Of a stretch of 64,000 nucleotides of DNA, positions 1 through 14,100 are shown in pieces; position 1 is the stretch's first letter; the number at the start of each line of letters is the position of its first letter. Both the position numbers and the translations under genes were made by a program. Under the pieces are notes generated by a model, which was given only the letters and a program-made list of their open reading frames with translations, ran no database searches and was not told where the DNA came from. The stretch comes from Lytechinus pictus (taxonomy: Eukaryota), in assembly GCF_037042905.1 (NCBI RefSeq), contig NC_087252.1, forward strand, positions 2,854,001 to 2,918,000, written 5' to 3'.

Positions 1-1640
1 ACGCGAAGATTACAGACTTGGTTTCGGATTTGAAAATTCGAAAGAAAAATACATCCATTTTAGTTTAAAGAAGTAAGGGATTAAAACCACTTGACGAGGA
101 GATTTAGGTGACGGGCGGATTAAGAAAATTGCCTCGAGTTAAATGGATATTGTTGTAAATCAAGTAACAAAAAATATTTCTTCAACTCCGGAATATATGC
201 TAATCATAAACAGATGGACAATTTTTATGCTCTTCAATATTTTTACTTTCTTTGTATGTTTTGTTCTTCTTGTTATTTTTTGTTATTTTGTTATTTTTAT
301 AAATCTTCCCTTTTCCCCTTTTTCGTTAAATATTAACTCATATAACTTCATCGTTGCCGAGAATCGTAATTTTTCTTAACCATTGATTGAAAAATAAAAT
401 AAACTGGGTGGCTATAAAAGGAAATAAAGTCTTACACTAAATAGTAATTCTGTGATATTATATTCTTATAATTGGGCGTACGTGTTATTAATTGCCTACG
501 ACAATTATAGGTCTATATGGAAACAAACAGACAAGTTCATATAAAAACAACAATTGACGCAAAATTGGTTTAGGGAAAAATAGAACCATCATCAAAACGA
601 GGAGGTGGTAGAATATAAAAGAAGTTATAAATAACGTTTGAAATAATGTATTTATCTAGACAGTGAATGGCAAGTACAGATGCCCAGGTAATCTATATAA
701 ATTAAATGGAATATTTGGCAATAAAAATCCAACATTTCGAAGATTGGAAAAAAAAGAATCTCTACTTAGCTATTCCAAACACCGATCTCAGTGTTAATGG
801 GTATGAATATAGATTTAAGAGATAATACTGAAAGTGAGTTAGTATCAGGTATATGGGGACTAAAATGCTGATGTTTTTCCAGCAAATCTTACTGAGACAT
901 AATCATAATATTTGTATCAATTTATCTAATCACAATCATAAGAAATGGAATAGAATTTGAAATGCAATGATTAAAAACACGACAAAAGAGGATTGATTGA
1001 GTAAATCATCAACAACAGCAAAACCCCCTCAGTTTTAAACAACAAACATGTCAATTAGCGAACATCTTTCGATTTCATTTCTTTGTTCTTCATGCCATCC
1101 CAATCTCTTTCCATCTCTCCCTTTCTTTGACATTTTCCGCCTGCTTTGACTCTGCATTCATCTCCCTCTTCCCCCCTTTCTCCTCCTCCATCTTTCAATC
1201 TCTCTCTCTCTCTCTTATCTCATTTTGTATCCTCCTTTCAATGCTTTCAGCCCTTCGTCCTTCCCTGTTATCAATTGAGATCTCAGGTGCACTCTCATTC
1301 AGATGTCGACCTTGCTGTAAAAATCCATTAATGATTCACTTCATGGACCCCCGAAAACAATTTCAAGAGAAAACAAGAAAATATAAGAATAACAAGAGAA
1401 AACGAAATTAGAGAATGAAAGTAATGAATTTTAAATGAAAAGAGGAAGAAACATTGAACATAAGAGAGAAAATGGGAAATATTCAAGGAAAGGGTGTAAC
1501 GAATATAGGAGGAAAATGAAATATAGAAAGCAATGAGAGAGAAGAGGTCAAGATTTAAGATAAAGAAAAATAAAGATACAAAAATAAAAGCAGTTGAAAA
1601 ACATAACAAAAGGGGGAACGGGATTCTGCAACTGACTCAA

Positions 1641-2140
1641 AGGGGAAGTTCACCCTGAAGAAAATTTTATAAAAATGTTTTGTTAAAATAGCAAAACAAA
1701 TAATATGAAATATTGGTGAACATGTGAAAAAAGCGTTTAAAGTTTAATAAATCTATTCGAATGTTAAGTGTTTGAATGTGTGACATCATATACGAGCAGC
1801 TGCCCCATATGTTACGTAATACAAAATGCATGAATTTCAATTTTTAATGGTTTATGATGACTATAAAATTTCTGCTTTCAGGAGCGTTTGTATAATAATT
1901 TGTCTCTTGATATACTAACGGTACAATAAAACCCATTTTCATTTCACATTTCATTAATATTTTTCTTAATTTATGAAACACATGAAGCTGGTCGCATATG
2001 ACGTCACAAATCCCCCCGCCTAATTCTAATAATTTCTTAAATCTTTGACAGACTTTCCTCAAACCTTCACCAATGTCTTTTTATTATTCTTTCTGCTAAT
2101 ATTTGTTTGCAATGAACTTGTATCAAGGTAAACTTCCCCT
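1641..2140. mobile_element. Kolobok/T2-type MITE
   Basis: TIRs AGGGGAAGTTCACCCTGA / TCAAGGTAAACTTCCCCT, flanked by TCAA and TTAA. Confidence 0.75.
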
Positions 2141-2867
2141 TTAAACAGAAACGGGTTTGCGTAAGAAAGTTTAATCACAACAGATTAGAAAAGTAAAAAC
2201 AAATTATAAAAAGGAGAATGAGATGTGAAATTATGGAACACAGTAGTACTCGTGAAAGAATTATCACAACATCTTGACGAACAACCTTTCAAATTTTATT
2301 TGATGCTCAATAAGCCTCCCTGTGGCCGATGTCATTTCGGCAGCATCCATGCCCATTAACACGCGGTCAGACCTCAGGCTAATTATCAATGGCCTCCCTG
2401 TTGCTTTGCGCTTCTCTTAAGCCAAATCCTAATAAGCACTCCCATTTTGTTTCATCTAATAATGATATGCGAAGATGACTCCCCATTGCCTCACATTATC
2501 TCCTTCTCTTAACTGTTAACCAAAATGAAAGAAAGATCGGGATTTGCGCGGTTAAGAAAAAAATGGTGGTAATTGCATTCTTAACTCGTCTTTTTGTCTT
2601 TTTACTGCACCTCCGCGGGTTTTGCAATCAGTTGAATGCAACAATTATCGCTAGACTTGCCGTTCGCCATCTCGTTTTAGCTCATAAAAACCGCATTGAA
2701 TTAAAAAATGCAATGTGCAAATATGTATTTAAGATTGGTGTGAGGGAAGGGGGGGGGGGTGTCAGGAGAGTGGGTGCAACATGATGGCTATGCTGCTATT
2801 TGCTAAAGGAAGCAGAAGAAATGAGTTGCGTTCTATAATTTAATATCTACTCGACAAGAAATATTAC

Positions 2868-3290
2868 GAAAAAAGAAAGAAAGAAAGAAAAAAGGAAAGG
2901 AAGGAGGAAGAAAGAAATAAATAAAGAAAGAAAGTTTAAATTTGAACTAGAAAATCAGCACTCGTAATGCAGTCATATGCAAGCACCGTGAGTGCTAAAT
3001 TAGCACTTCATTTTTTACAGTGAAGAAAGAAAATAAAAGAAAGGAACGGAAGGATGAAGAAAGAAAGAAATAAAGAAAAAAAGAAAGACATAAATAAAGA
3101 AAGAATAAAAGAAAAGAATGAAAGAAAGAAAGAAATAAAGAAAAGAAAGAAAGAAATAAAGAAAAAAGAAAGAAAGACAGAAAAAAGAAAGGAAGAAAAG
3201 AAACAAAGGAATAAAAGAATGAAGGAATGAAGAAATAAAGACAGAAAGAAGGTAGGAAGGAAGGGAGAAGGAAGGATGGAAGGAAGAAAA
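2868..3290. repeat. (GAAA)n/(GGAA)n purine-rich low-complexity tract
   Basis: Direct reading. Confidence 0.9.
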
Positions 3291-4909
3291 CGAAATAGAT
3301 AGACCAGACCTGAAGACATACCGCTGAGCCTATTATGCTTATTGTTTCTATCATGTTCCGACTTATATTTACATTGTTTACACATGTATTTGTTATCAAA
3401 AACCCAATGTTGCAGCAGCTAGAGAAAGGGAGAAACAGAGAAAGAACACCGTCTTTTTATTTATTTAATGTATCTATCCCTTAGTCAACACAGATCATTT
3501 ACAAACATTTTCAGAGCAAACTTATTACAACAAAACCTTTATTTCAAGCGCAAAATGTGACTTTAACACATTATTTTGAAATTAGGCACCCTATAGGCAT
3601 GATAGGGATATATTACATTGTGTTTTGAAAATGCAAAGATATTCCAAGGAATAAGTAATAATGATTTTTCTCATGATGTTGTTGTGACAAATTTAACATT
3701 TATCTTCCTGAAGAAAAGCAAGAAATAACGACATGCTAATAAGCGACACATCTGGAGTCTAAAGACTTAATTTCATTCCAAAGGCAGATCTTTACGAAAA
3801 CGCAGCTGATGCTCCCGCCGAAAGTGTGGGCAGTTCGTTAGCACCAAACCACCTGACTTCACCGAAGGTTTGTTTTTAACATTGTTTAATGTTATTCCCA
3901 GGCTAGTCAAGCCCCTTCTATTTGTGTTTGCATGAATTCTTGGTTTGTAATGATGATCTTAATGAGGCTTGTTCGGCTTTGTTTGTTTGGTTAGTTATAC
4001 ATACCTGAAATGTGCAAGGTTTCCCGGGGACATATAATGATTGTAAACATATTTATAGCTTTCAACTATTAGATCAGGGAGTTAAGAGGAGCCCTGATTA
4101 GATTTATGGACCCATATACATCAGGAAAATAATAAGAAAATAACTGGGAACCGGCGAGATTTTTAAATATATATACATGTTTTGTATTCTTTATTGTTAT
4201 AATTTATTTCAATATAATTTCACTCTTACTTATTATTCAATTTAGTATTCATCTATTAATGGATTTGTCATTCTTAATTATTATAAGCATTTTAAATATT
4301 TATCAGTTTTATCGAATTCATTTGTTTGTTTGTTTATCCATTTATCTATTCATCTTTTCATTTTTATTTGGGGGGACTGGACCATTCATTAAATTTATTT
4401 TTATTTTTAACGGGGAAATTTAAGTAGTTTTGACCAAATGAGCTCCCTCAAAATGCTAGCAGAATACGGAAAATATCAACTGATTCATTTTTCACTTATA
4501 TGACTTCGTGTATGTTATTTCTTACTTGTTCACATTTTGTCAACGTCTTTATCGTAAGTCAACTATGTTATGTAAGGGACCCTCTGTAAAACAGCGCTGA
4601 TATGTTATCAACGCTGAGTAGGGAAATCCCTCCGTCTTTTTAATGATCATTTCTTTGTAATTGTAAATATATCTATCATTGTTATTATTTTTAAATGACG
4701 GAAAATAAAAACAATACATTACAATATGTAATTTAAAAACTATTTTGTTTATTGTTTATATCCTTGTTAATCGTACATGTGTTACATGGCGTTTGTCTGC
4801 TCCATGTTTTGATAAATCATTTTCAATCGAATTGAAAAAAAAGAAGGGTGGAGAATGTTTGAAGAAAATTTGTTGAATTTCAGGATGAATTATGGTACGT
4901 GAAGACCAG

Positions 4910-5173
4910 GGCCCCGTCTTACAAAAAGTTACGATTGATCCGATCAATCACAACTATGGACGGCCAGCCACGTCAACATATATTATGCATGTTTGTTCAA
5001 AATATTTTCTAACTATGATGTATATTCATGCATTCATTGTTTTTTGAAAATTTACTTTGCTTCTCTTTGTTTACAAAAGAAAATTGTGCAAATTTCCTGT
5101 AGAAAAAAAATTATGGTGTGGATGGATGGTTACGATTGATTGGATCAATCGCAACTCTTTGTAAGGCGGGGCC
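4910..5173. mobile_element. PIF/Harbinger-type MITE
   Basis: TIRs GGCCCCGTCTTACAAA / TTTGTAAGGCGGGGCC with a 3-bp CAG duplication; related copies at about 30160, 36404 and 62061. Confidence 0.78.
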
Positions 5174-5350
5174 CAGAAGAACAAGCGCACAGCCTACGTC
5201 AGCAAATCAAAATATATTATGCAACTGTGTCCCACAACGTGCGCAGCAAGTAATGTGAATTAATAAAGACCAAACATGAGAAAGAAGATAAAAGATGAGA
5301 GAGGGAGGGAAAGAGAGAGAAAGGGGGGGGGGGTGGGGGAGAGAGGGGGA

Positions 5351-5386
<36 letters not shown>

Positions 5387-6899
5387 GAGAGGGGGGGGGT
5401 GGATTAAACGATCTCTTAAATTTTCAAATCTTTAGTAATATATTCATTTACATTTTTGTGAACAAAAATGTGCAGTGATAACGGAAATATTAATCATTTT
5501 GCCAGTAAGGCAACCCCCAAAATAAAAACACTGGAAGACAGTCCCCTTGGAAAACAGACATACAAAAACATGAAATTCAATTATGATACAAATACGAATA
5601 TCGCCAATTTACCAGTTCACTCAATTACTTAATTTGCAAATTGTAAATTCACTAAAACAACTGAGAAATTCACATAGAAAACTGAGCAGATGTCTAATCA
5701 AATGGCCATTAATTGCAAGCGATGACGTAGAGAATGAGCTGGCCAATCAGCAGGGTCGATCCAGAGAGAACGCAGTAACACCTTTTTATAACAGACGGCA
5801 TGCAGGGTCAGAGTGAGAAAGAGAATTTGGAGGAAAAAGCGTTCTTTTCTGTTTTTCACGTTGATACGATCTGTCAAATACTCGCGTGGACTAATTATAC
5901 AAACTCGCTGGAGCAGAACCATTAGAAAGGGAATGGAGGAACAGAGGTATTGTGAGAAGAGGTAGAGGAAGAAGAATCAGAAGGAAAAAACAAGAATAAG
6001 AAGAAGGAGAAAAAGAAAAAGAAGAATAAGAAGAAGAAGGAAGATAATGAGAAGGAAAAGGAGAAGGAAAAATAAGAAGAAAGAGAAGAAGAAGAAGGAG
6101 ATTAGCTCAATATGTTTATATGTATATATATAATTAAAAGTGTAATTATAAAAGAAAACATATCGCCATCAACTGAAGATACAAGCATAAAAACAGAGCA
6201 ATACAAAACAAAACAAAAGAAAACAAAAAACAAGATCGCAATTGTTTTTTATATTAATCGTAGCATTCAGAACATTATGCGCTGTGGATAATTCAACTTC
6301 CACCAATAATCTGATCTGATTAACAAAATTAAAAAGATAAAACGGACGAAGGAGAGGGAATGGAAGAAAGACAGAGGGGGAGAGAGAGAAACAAAAGAGG
6401 GGAGATGGGAGGCACATATCAAAATACATGTACAGAGGGAGAGAGGGAGAAAGATAGACAAGAAGAGAGACCAAAGCATGAGAGAGTTCATGGGATAAAA
6501 AGCGCAAGAGCGTTCAACTGCCGCATCAATTTTTCAGATGTATTTTGGCGGGAAGAGATGGAAGACATCCCAAAGACACCTTCTATGGTAACAGCCAGTT
6601 CACTGCGAGATCATCCATTTGACAATAGGCTGTCAGTCATTATCTATACACAGTCACTAGCTTAAATGACTGAAAAGTATCGCAACATAGAACATTTTTC
6701 GACGTCCATCTGCTCTAAACCTGCCAACAAGACTTAAAAAAAAAAACATGCCAATTTGATGTTGCCAATAATAAAAAAGGGAACGAAATTATAAATTAGT
6801 TTTGTAGGTTTTTTTACCGCCAGTGTTTGCAGAAATCTTCATAACTAGGAAACTGACAGTAAAACTTCGTCTCATCCATGTCATCTCGTTTCTTTGCGA

Positions 6900-7245
6900 A
6901 GTATTTATAAGACGAGATACTCCGTTATCCAATGGTGTGAAAAGTAATTATCGATCGTTCAAGAAAACGGTGAAGGGTAGACGTTGAGTGCTGAAAACTA
7001 GAAGGCGTGGATCACAAGATACATTCGATTCGAGAAAGAACCAGCCCGTGATGAATTGTTCCTTTCAAGTGATGTCAGTTGATGTCAGCGAGCAGGTGAA
7101 CGACTACGAGCTAGAGACCATCCACGGGACGATCATGGGACAAAGTTCTTAAATCGGACGATAAATCTCGCTCGTCGCTACCGTGGTCGTCGAGGGACTT
7201 TGAATCGGGTGCCATTCTTCATTTTTTGTTCTCAAAAAGGTAAGT
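6900..7245 (+). promoter_or_regulatory. Candidate NHLH promoter / first non-coding exon
   Basis: CpG-rich unique sequence, TATA-like TATTTATAA at 6902, Inr-like TCAGTT near 7075, GCAGGTG E-box at 7092, and a consensus donor AAG|GTAAGT at 7239/7240. Confidence 0.45.
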
Positions 7246-9664
7246 GACTGGAATCATTATTTTGTTTTGTTTTTTTTCACTGAAATACTTTGACATTTTC
7301 GCTATCTTTATTTAACCACCCACCACAATTGATTTTTCTAATTGGTCAGCTTCTTTATGGAATGACTATATAGCCGCAATTTTATGAGACATAATTACTA
7401 TAACAATAAAGAAAACATTAAGTTTGTTTCTTTTTATCCGTCGTAACAATATTTTTCACTAGAATTCGCGTCCCATTTCAAACTGCTATAGTTTACCTTT
7501 CCCATCATAACCATTATTAACAAAATACTTCAAACAAACTTTTATCGGGTGTTCAAATCAATAAAAAATGTATGCTTTTGATTTTTTTGTGGTTAAAAGT
7601 TGATAAATTCATAAAAATAATCATTTGAATAGTGTGTTTTTATTTACCGTCAAATAGTTTCAAATAGGCATGATATCATAATTTTTTATCGATATTTATT
7701 TTCATTTTTATTTTCTAGTAAAAATTCTAACAGACACATGAATTCATATCATGACATTTTTTTTACATTTAAAATACGTTGCGTACTAAGGCCATCCCTT
7801 TCTTTCTTGACGTCACTTTTTCCATATCGCATTCCATTTCGTATCATCATCATCATCATCATCTTCCTCCTCCTCCTCCTTCTTCGTCTTCTTCTTCTTC
7901 TCCTCCTCCACCTCCTCCGCCTCCTCCTTCTTCTTTTTCTTCATTCTTTCTTCTTCTTCTCCTTCGTCTTCCTCGTATTATTTTACCTCTTCCAACTCAT
8001 CTCCTCCTCCTCCCCTCCACCTTCTTCTTCAGACTTTATTTTCTTTTTCCCGCTCTTGTTAAACCCCCTCTCTATAATGTTATCAAGTTAATGTCTCTCC
8101 TAATCTTTTATCCTTTTTTTTTGTTTTGCAAATTGGCTATTTCGTCTCATTCTCCAAATAAGGCAGGCATGTCACATTTTAAACCCATTAACTGAAAAAC
8201 GAGAGAAAAAGAACCTCAACAAACCCTCTCCAATACACCAAGCTCCATCAACTTACAAAGCACCAACATCTTATATATTTTAGAGATGGTCCCCAATAGT
8301 TTAAAAGCAAGAAGCTCCTATTGTCAGTAATCATATCTCTAATTAGCCTTCTTGTATTGTCTACCGCATTGTGAACGCTGTGATTTTATTGTATGAAATT
8401 TGATTTAGTGTATATATGCAAAAAAGAGATTGGTTTCTCACACTCTCTCTAATTGGCCTCGGTCGACGATATAGCGTCGCTCACAATCATCATCTCCTCA
8501 TATTTGGATGTGAAATGAAATAATTGAATTCACAAAGTGTTCAACCCTGAGAAAAAAGACAGAGGAGATGCGCAACGTTATTACCCCGTCTCAAATAATT
8601 AGCTCTCTTTTTAATTGATTCAAAACGCGGTGAATAGTCTCTTTGCGTGATATTGTCCTTATTCATAGATTACCCTCGTACAATCTGTACAATTATAATT
8701 TCTTATTTTTTGACAATAAAACGAAAAAGATAGAAAATACTAACTGAGCACTTATTTTAGAACAGTGGTGTATTGTTTAAAGGAAATGAGGGGCCACATC
8801 TCATGGATGGAGTAAAATGTTGAAGAAGATGCAATCAAAGCGAGGGAGCAAAACTTTTGATCGTTTGAATAGAAAATATAGTTTGTAGTTTGTAATTTAA
8901 AGAATGATATCACATTTCACTATTCAGCTTTTCTTTATTATTTTCTCATTTTTTTCTAGTTCGTGAAGCTTTTTTTTTTTTTGAGGGGGGGGGGGTGGCC
9001 CCCAATCGCCGTGTTTGATCAATGGCTTAGAAAAAATATAATTGCACCCAGTATTAATATAACAAAAAAATAACACAGGCAAGCTCGTGTTGGCTAAACA
9101 TTTTGAAAAGAGAAATAGAACAGGGAGATCAATTTGCATTTTCATATCGAAAATAAACATCCTTTTCGGTTCTATTTCACAACGGCCAGGAAAATTCGTT
9201 GCATTTCAATAGGAATTGCTTGTTTTCCTTAACAAATTGCAATCAGCAGTTGTAATGATGCCCGGACAATAGCTTACATTTGATTCCATTTCCCTGTACG
9301 ATAGCTTACATTTAATTCCGTTTCGCGTAAACCTAATTAGCTCAATTGTACGCTACGATGACATTCGATACCTGAACGATGTGGCGTTGCCGGGTGAAAA
9401 ATGTCGCGATCGAAATGATCGGTTATCGAAACTCGAGAAGAAATGCGAAGCGGTAAACGTAGAACAGACAGTCATTTTGTTTACTTTAGGTAATTAGGAC
9501 AATTGAGTGCATATTAGATTTCACTCGTTCTGAGACGTGTAAAAGAACATCTATTTGTTATCCGTCATGGCTGCAATTAAAGTTAGTTTTATGATAATTT
9601 TAAACAATTATCACGGGAAGTTATCGTGAAACAATTGCGATGAGTTATTGTATATCTCTGCAGC

Positions 9665-11130
9665 AAAAATGTTGTCACACATTGTGTTCACAGAGTGTTC
9701 TTAGTGTTATAAAAGTGTGTTTACAGTGTATTAAATGTGTGTTCAACGTGTGTCCCCAGTGTGTTCAACGTGTGTTCAAAGTGTGTTCAACGTGTGTTCA
9801 CAGTGTGCTCAACGAGTGTTCGCAGTGTATTCACAGTATATTCAGAGTGTGTTCGTAGTATGTACAGAGTGTGTTCACAGTATGTTCGTAGTGTGTTCAC
9901 AGTGTGTTCACGAAGTGAACCATGTGAAGATGTGAATTAAATTGTTAAATGCTGAAACTGAATACTGTGAATGTCACTTTACACTGGACACCTGTACAGT
10001 GTAGACAGCGTATCCACACCGTTGTCTCTTTAAAAGACAAATCCACACCAACAAAAGGTTGATTTGAATGAAAAGAAAAAAATCCAACCAGCATAACACT
10101 GAACATTTCATAAAAATTGGATGTAAAATAAGAAAGTTATGACATTTTTAAGTTTCGCTTTATTTCACCAAACAGTTATATGCACATCCCGGTCAGTATG
10201 CAAATGAGGGAGCTGATGACATCACTCACTCACTATTTCTTTTGTATTTCATTATATGAAATATTATAATTTTCTCATCATTGTGCTATTAAACAAAATG
10301 TTATTTCTCCCTGAACATGTGGAATAACCATTGTTAATCATTTTATGGTTCAGTCAAGTTGGTCCTTATTGTCAAATCTGTAAAACTTGAAATAATTTAT
10401 GATTCAAACAATAAAAACAAAGTTAGGGACATCATCGATTTTCTCATTTGCATGTTACTAAATTGTGCATATAACTATTTTTTGAAAAATAAACAGAGCT
10501 TTAATTTATGACTTTCTTATTTTACATCTAATGGAATCTTCAGCATTATTCTTGTCTGATTTTTCTCTGTTGATTAAAATCAACAATTTTCTGAGATGGA
10601 CTTGACTTTAAATATGTAATTCACAAGGTTAAATCATCTTAATAGAGAGAACAAGGTGCGGATGATCTCACATTGATTTAACATTGTGAAAATGAGATTT
10701 TAACAGTGGATGAAGACGGTTTCACATTGCATTCCATTATGAACAGACTACGAACATACTATGGATACACTGTGTAGACACTATGAACACACGGTGAACA
10801 CACTATTGTATGCACTGTGAACACACTATGGACACAATGGGAACACACTATGATCACATTGTGAGCACACTGAGCACACTATGAACACACTGTCAGTACA
10901 CACCAGACACACTGTGAACACACTGTGAGCACACCCCGAAAACTCTATATACACACTATGAACGCACTGTCAGTACACCCCGAACACTCATTTACACACT
11001 GTCAGTACACACCAGACACACTGTGAACACACTATGAACACACTATCAGCACACCCCCAAACACTCTATATACACACTGCGAACACACCGCGTACACATT
11101 GTGAACAAATTATGGGACACTGCATCTTTT
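9665..11130. mobile_element. Foldback-type element with inverted minisatellite arms
   Basis: The left arm (about 9680-9915) of GTGTGTTCACA units and the right arm (about 10750-11120) of TGTGAACACAC units are reverse complements. Confidence 0.65.
10034..10607. mobile_element. Kolobok/T2-type MITE (about 580-bp family) nested in the foldback element
   Basis: TTAA flanks and degenerate TIRs; the body is shared with copies at 30803, 39144, 53053 and 55776. Confidence 0.8.
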
Positions 11131-11331
11131 CAGCGCTTCGATCTCCCGTAGATATTAAGTTACCGTACATAGCAGAAAGTGGAGTTGATTGATATTCATA
11201 CAGGAACGCTCAATTGAATTTACTCCAATGTTAATGTTATGGTGTAAGTTCCACCCTTACGGGTGTTTTAACATCTCTCTTGGTTGTTATATTTATACTT
11301 TTTTAGTGTTATGTCCGATCTCGAGGGTGTA

Positions 11332-11567
11332 CACCGTAAAAACGCTGTTTAAAATTTTAAACACGTTGTTTAAGCCCGTTACTAACATTTAGGCCTGAAC
11401 AAGTTGTTTAAAGAGTTTTAAACATTTATAAAAAAAATTTATACAATTTGTTGTTCGAGTGACAGGCTTAAAAACGTGCTATTTTCTTAATCTGTTAGTT
11501 TTAATTCATCATGGTGTGTCCCTCTCCGTGTCAGTTTGAACATATTTAAACTCCATTTCTGACAGTG
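11332..11567. mobile_element. CACTA/EnSpm-like MITE
   Basis: TA|CACCGTAAAAA...TTTCTGACAGTG|TA. Confidence 0.5.
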
Positions 11568-11861
11568 TATATATATATTTCAATTTATAGTGAAACAAGC
11601 GGGAACATTGAACGTGTTGGATCAGTTTTTTTTTGAGCGACCAATTTATCAAAATGCATTTTGCCCCCTCTCCTTCCCCGTGCTGCCCCCCACTAGCGTA
11701 CCTACGGGGGGGGGGGGGGCAGGGGGGCACTCTGCCCCCCCCTGACGAGTCACAACCCATGCCAAAACGTATCTTTGCCCCCCCTGACGGGCTTGAAAAA
11801 CCTTTTTTGCCCCCCCTGACGAGCTTTAAGACCTTCAATGCCCCCCTGACGAGCTTGAAGA

Positions 11862-11911
<50 letters not shown>

Positions 11912-12367
11912 TGTCAAATTTTTTGGCGGACGGTATTGTTAATAATCACAATCCCTTTGTTTATTTGGAAAGAAAACGTGCTTTTTGGTGAAACAAAAAT
12001 GGAACATTGAAGAATTATGATCGATACCAGTGATAATCTATTAAACACATAGGCATCAAATCTTTAAGGTACCCCCAAAACATCGTCGTATTAGTTGTAC
12101 TTAATTTTATATCCCTACAAAATGTCAGAATTGGATTTGAACTTGGGAAATGAAAGGCAGAAATATTATGAATATATAGGCACTACCTATACTGCCATAT
12201 TAACTCATAATCTCGCCTACGTCTATTCTCTTATACTAATCGCTTGGGGATTGAACTGTCACGACACCCAGATAGGCAAAGTTTGACATCGGCCCGCTTG
12301 TTTACCATACGAACACGGGCAACATCAATAATTCACTCACCATTTCGCCTCGACTTTCGTTAAACAG

Positions 12368-12445
12368 CGACGGGAAGAAGGAACAACCGTCATTCAGCGG
12401 GACGCTGACGACGCCACAGCCCCCGACTCCCCCGACGCTTGTACG
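12368..12445 (+). other. Candidate internal non-coding exon of NHLH (78 nt)
   Basis: ctttcgttaaacAG acceptor and ACG|GTAAGG donor around a GC-rich, ATG-free block. Confidence 0.3.
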
Positions 12446-14069
12446 GTAAGGACCCGAGAGCATTGCGACACCTCAATTTAAACTGTACAACGCTTTTATA
12501 ATGCATTAACATGCAGATTCCCTAGACAAAATACGCACGCATCTATTAGCATAAACATGCGTATCAATATCTTAAAGATAATCGGGTAAAATGCACTTTC
12601 CTCGCTCATGTCGATACATATAATATAAACATGAAAAGAAAATAGGAGAAAGAGAGACGTCGATAGAATTCAATATAAATTTTTTTTTGTATCAACGCTC
12701 AGCATTTTCTGCGAGCTTTACCTACTGCCACATTAGTTTTACGCATAATTTTGTTCAGTCATATTGTTGAAAGAAACTACGCAAATTTGCATCCTAAGTC
12801 ATGATATATATTCTTAAAGAATAGCATTTTGTATTCAGTTTAGACCATCCATGTTGTATCAACATTTGAAAAAAAAAGAAAAAAGAAAAAGTATGATTAT
12901 TTTCAAAGTTTCTTTGATAATAAATCATAGTGATAAATGGGAAATGAACCTTATTCATTATAGACAGAAATGTGTAAAAGCAGGAAAATAAGAAAACTTA
13001 ATGTTGAAAATTTGAAAGAAATTTGGAAAGGAATACGAAAGTTAAAAAAATTTGGATGGAAAAAAATCAGATCACTAAAAATATGCTAAGACCAGGTAGA
13101 TCTAAAATTAGCAACGTGCTTAGTACATTATGTCATGTGGCGGGAACCACTCTTCTTTTTTATCAGGAATTTATATTTTACTCCCCGGGATTAAAATATA
13201 AATTCCTTATGAAAAGGGATATAAAGACCATTTTACTTGAAGGAGATTTGTAATACAACAGTGCAAACAATTCTAAGTTAAGTCATGCATGTGTATTGGA
13301 CCAAATTCGGGAGCTGCAACCAATGAAAACCAAGAAGTCTGTATACCGGTTACATAATTATAATTTTCAAAATGTTTGTATGATTGTTCTTATTTTTCAT
13401 TCAATATCCTTTGCACCTAAGATGATGATCGCCTATGATAATACATTGTAGTAAAGAGAAGGAGAAGAAAAAAGAGAGCAAGAACAAAAAGAGATGAACA
13501 AGAAAGAGAAGAAAGATAATGGTAAGAAAAATATGAGGCACATAATAATAAAACAAGGACCAAATGAAGTAGAACGATGAGCAGGAGAAAAAAAAGTGCT
13601 TGCTTTTTTATAAACTTTGGCAGTTCTTTATATCTCCGTCAATGAATGATACAACTCTCGTAATCCTACTAAAAAATGATAATACCAATTATTTTTAATG
13701 ATATCCTGATCCCCGGTGTGTTCTATGGAATAATGATCCCTAATTATAGGACGTTATCTAAACGTGCATTTATATACTATTAATAAACATTGGTTACTGC
13801 TCCGATTTATCCAGTCTCTCTCTCCCCCTCCCTCCCCTCTCTCCCCCCTCTCTCTCTCACTTCCTCTCTTTCTCTCCCCCTCTCTCTCCTCTATCTATTT
13901 TCCCAATCTATCTCATGATCATTTTTTCCCATTTCTTTCCATCTTTTTCCTTCTCTTCAAGTTTACTGATATGTAAAACTTAGTAAATTTGTAATATTTT
14001 ATCATTAGCTGTGTTATATCCGATTTTGATTAAGTATTTATTGTCATCATCATCATTATCATTATCATC

Positions 14070-14100
<31 letters not shown>

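Noticed and set aside
560..960. Possible decayed minus-strand LINE ORF2 (RNVGFL, ITWAS-like patches)
   Set aside because: Too degraded to support by eye; it needs tBLASTn against LINE proteins.
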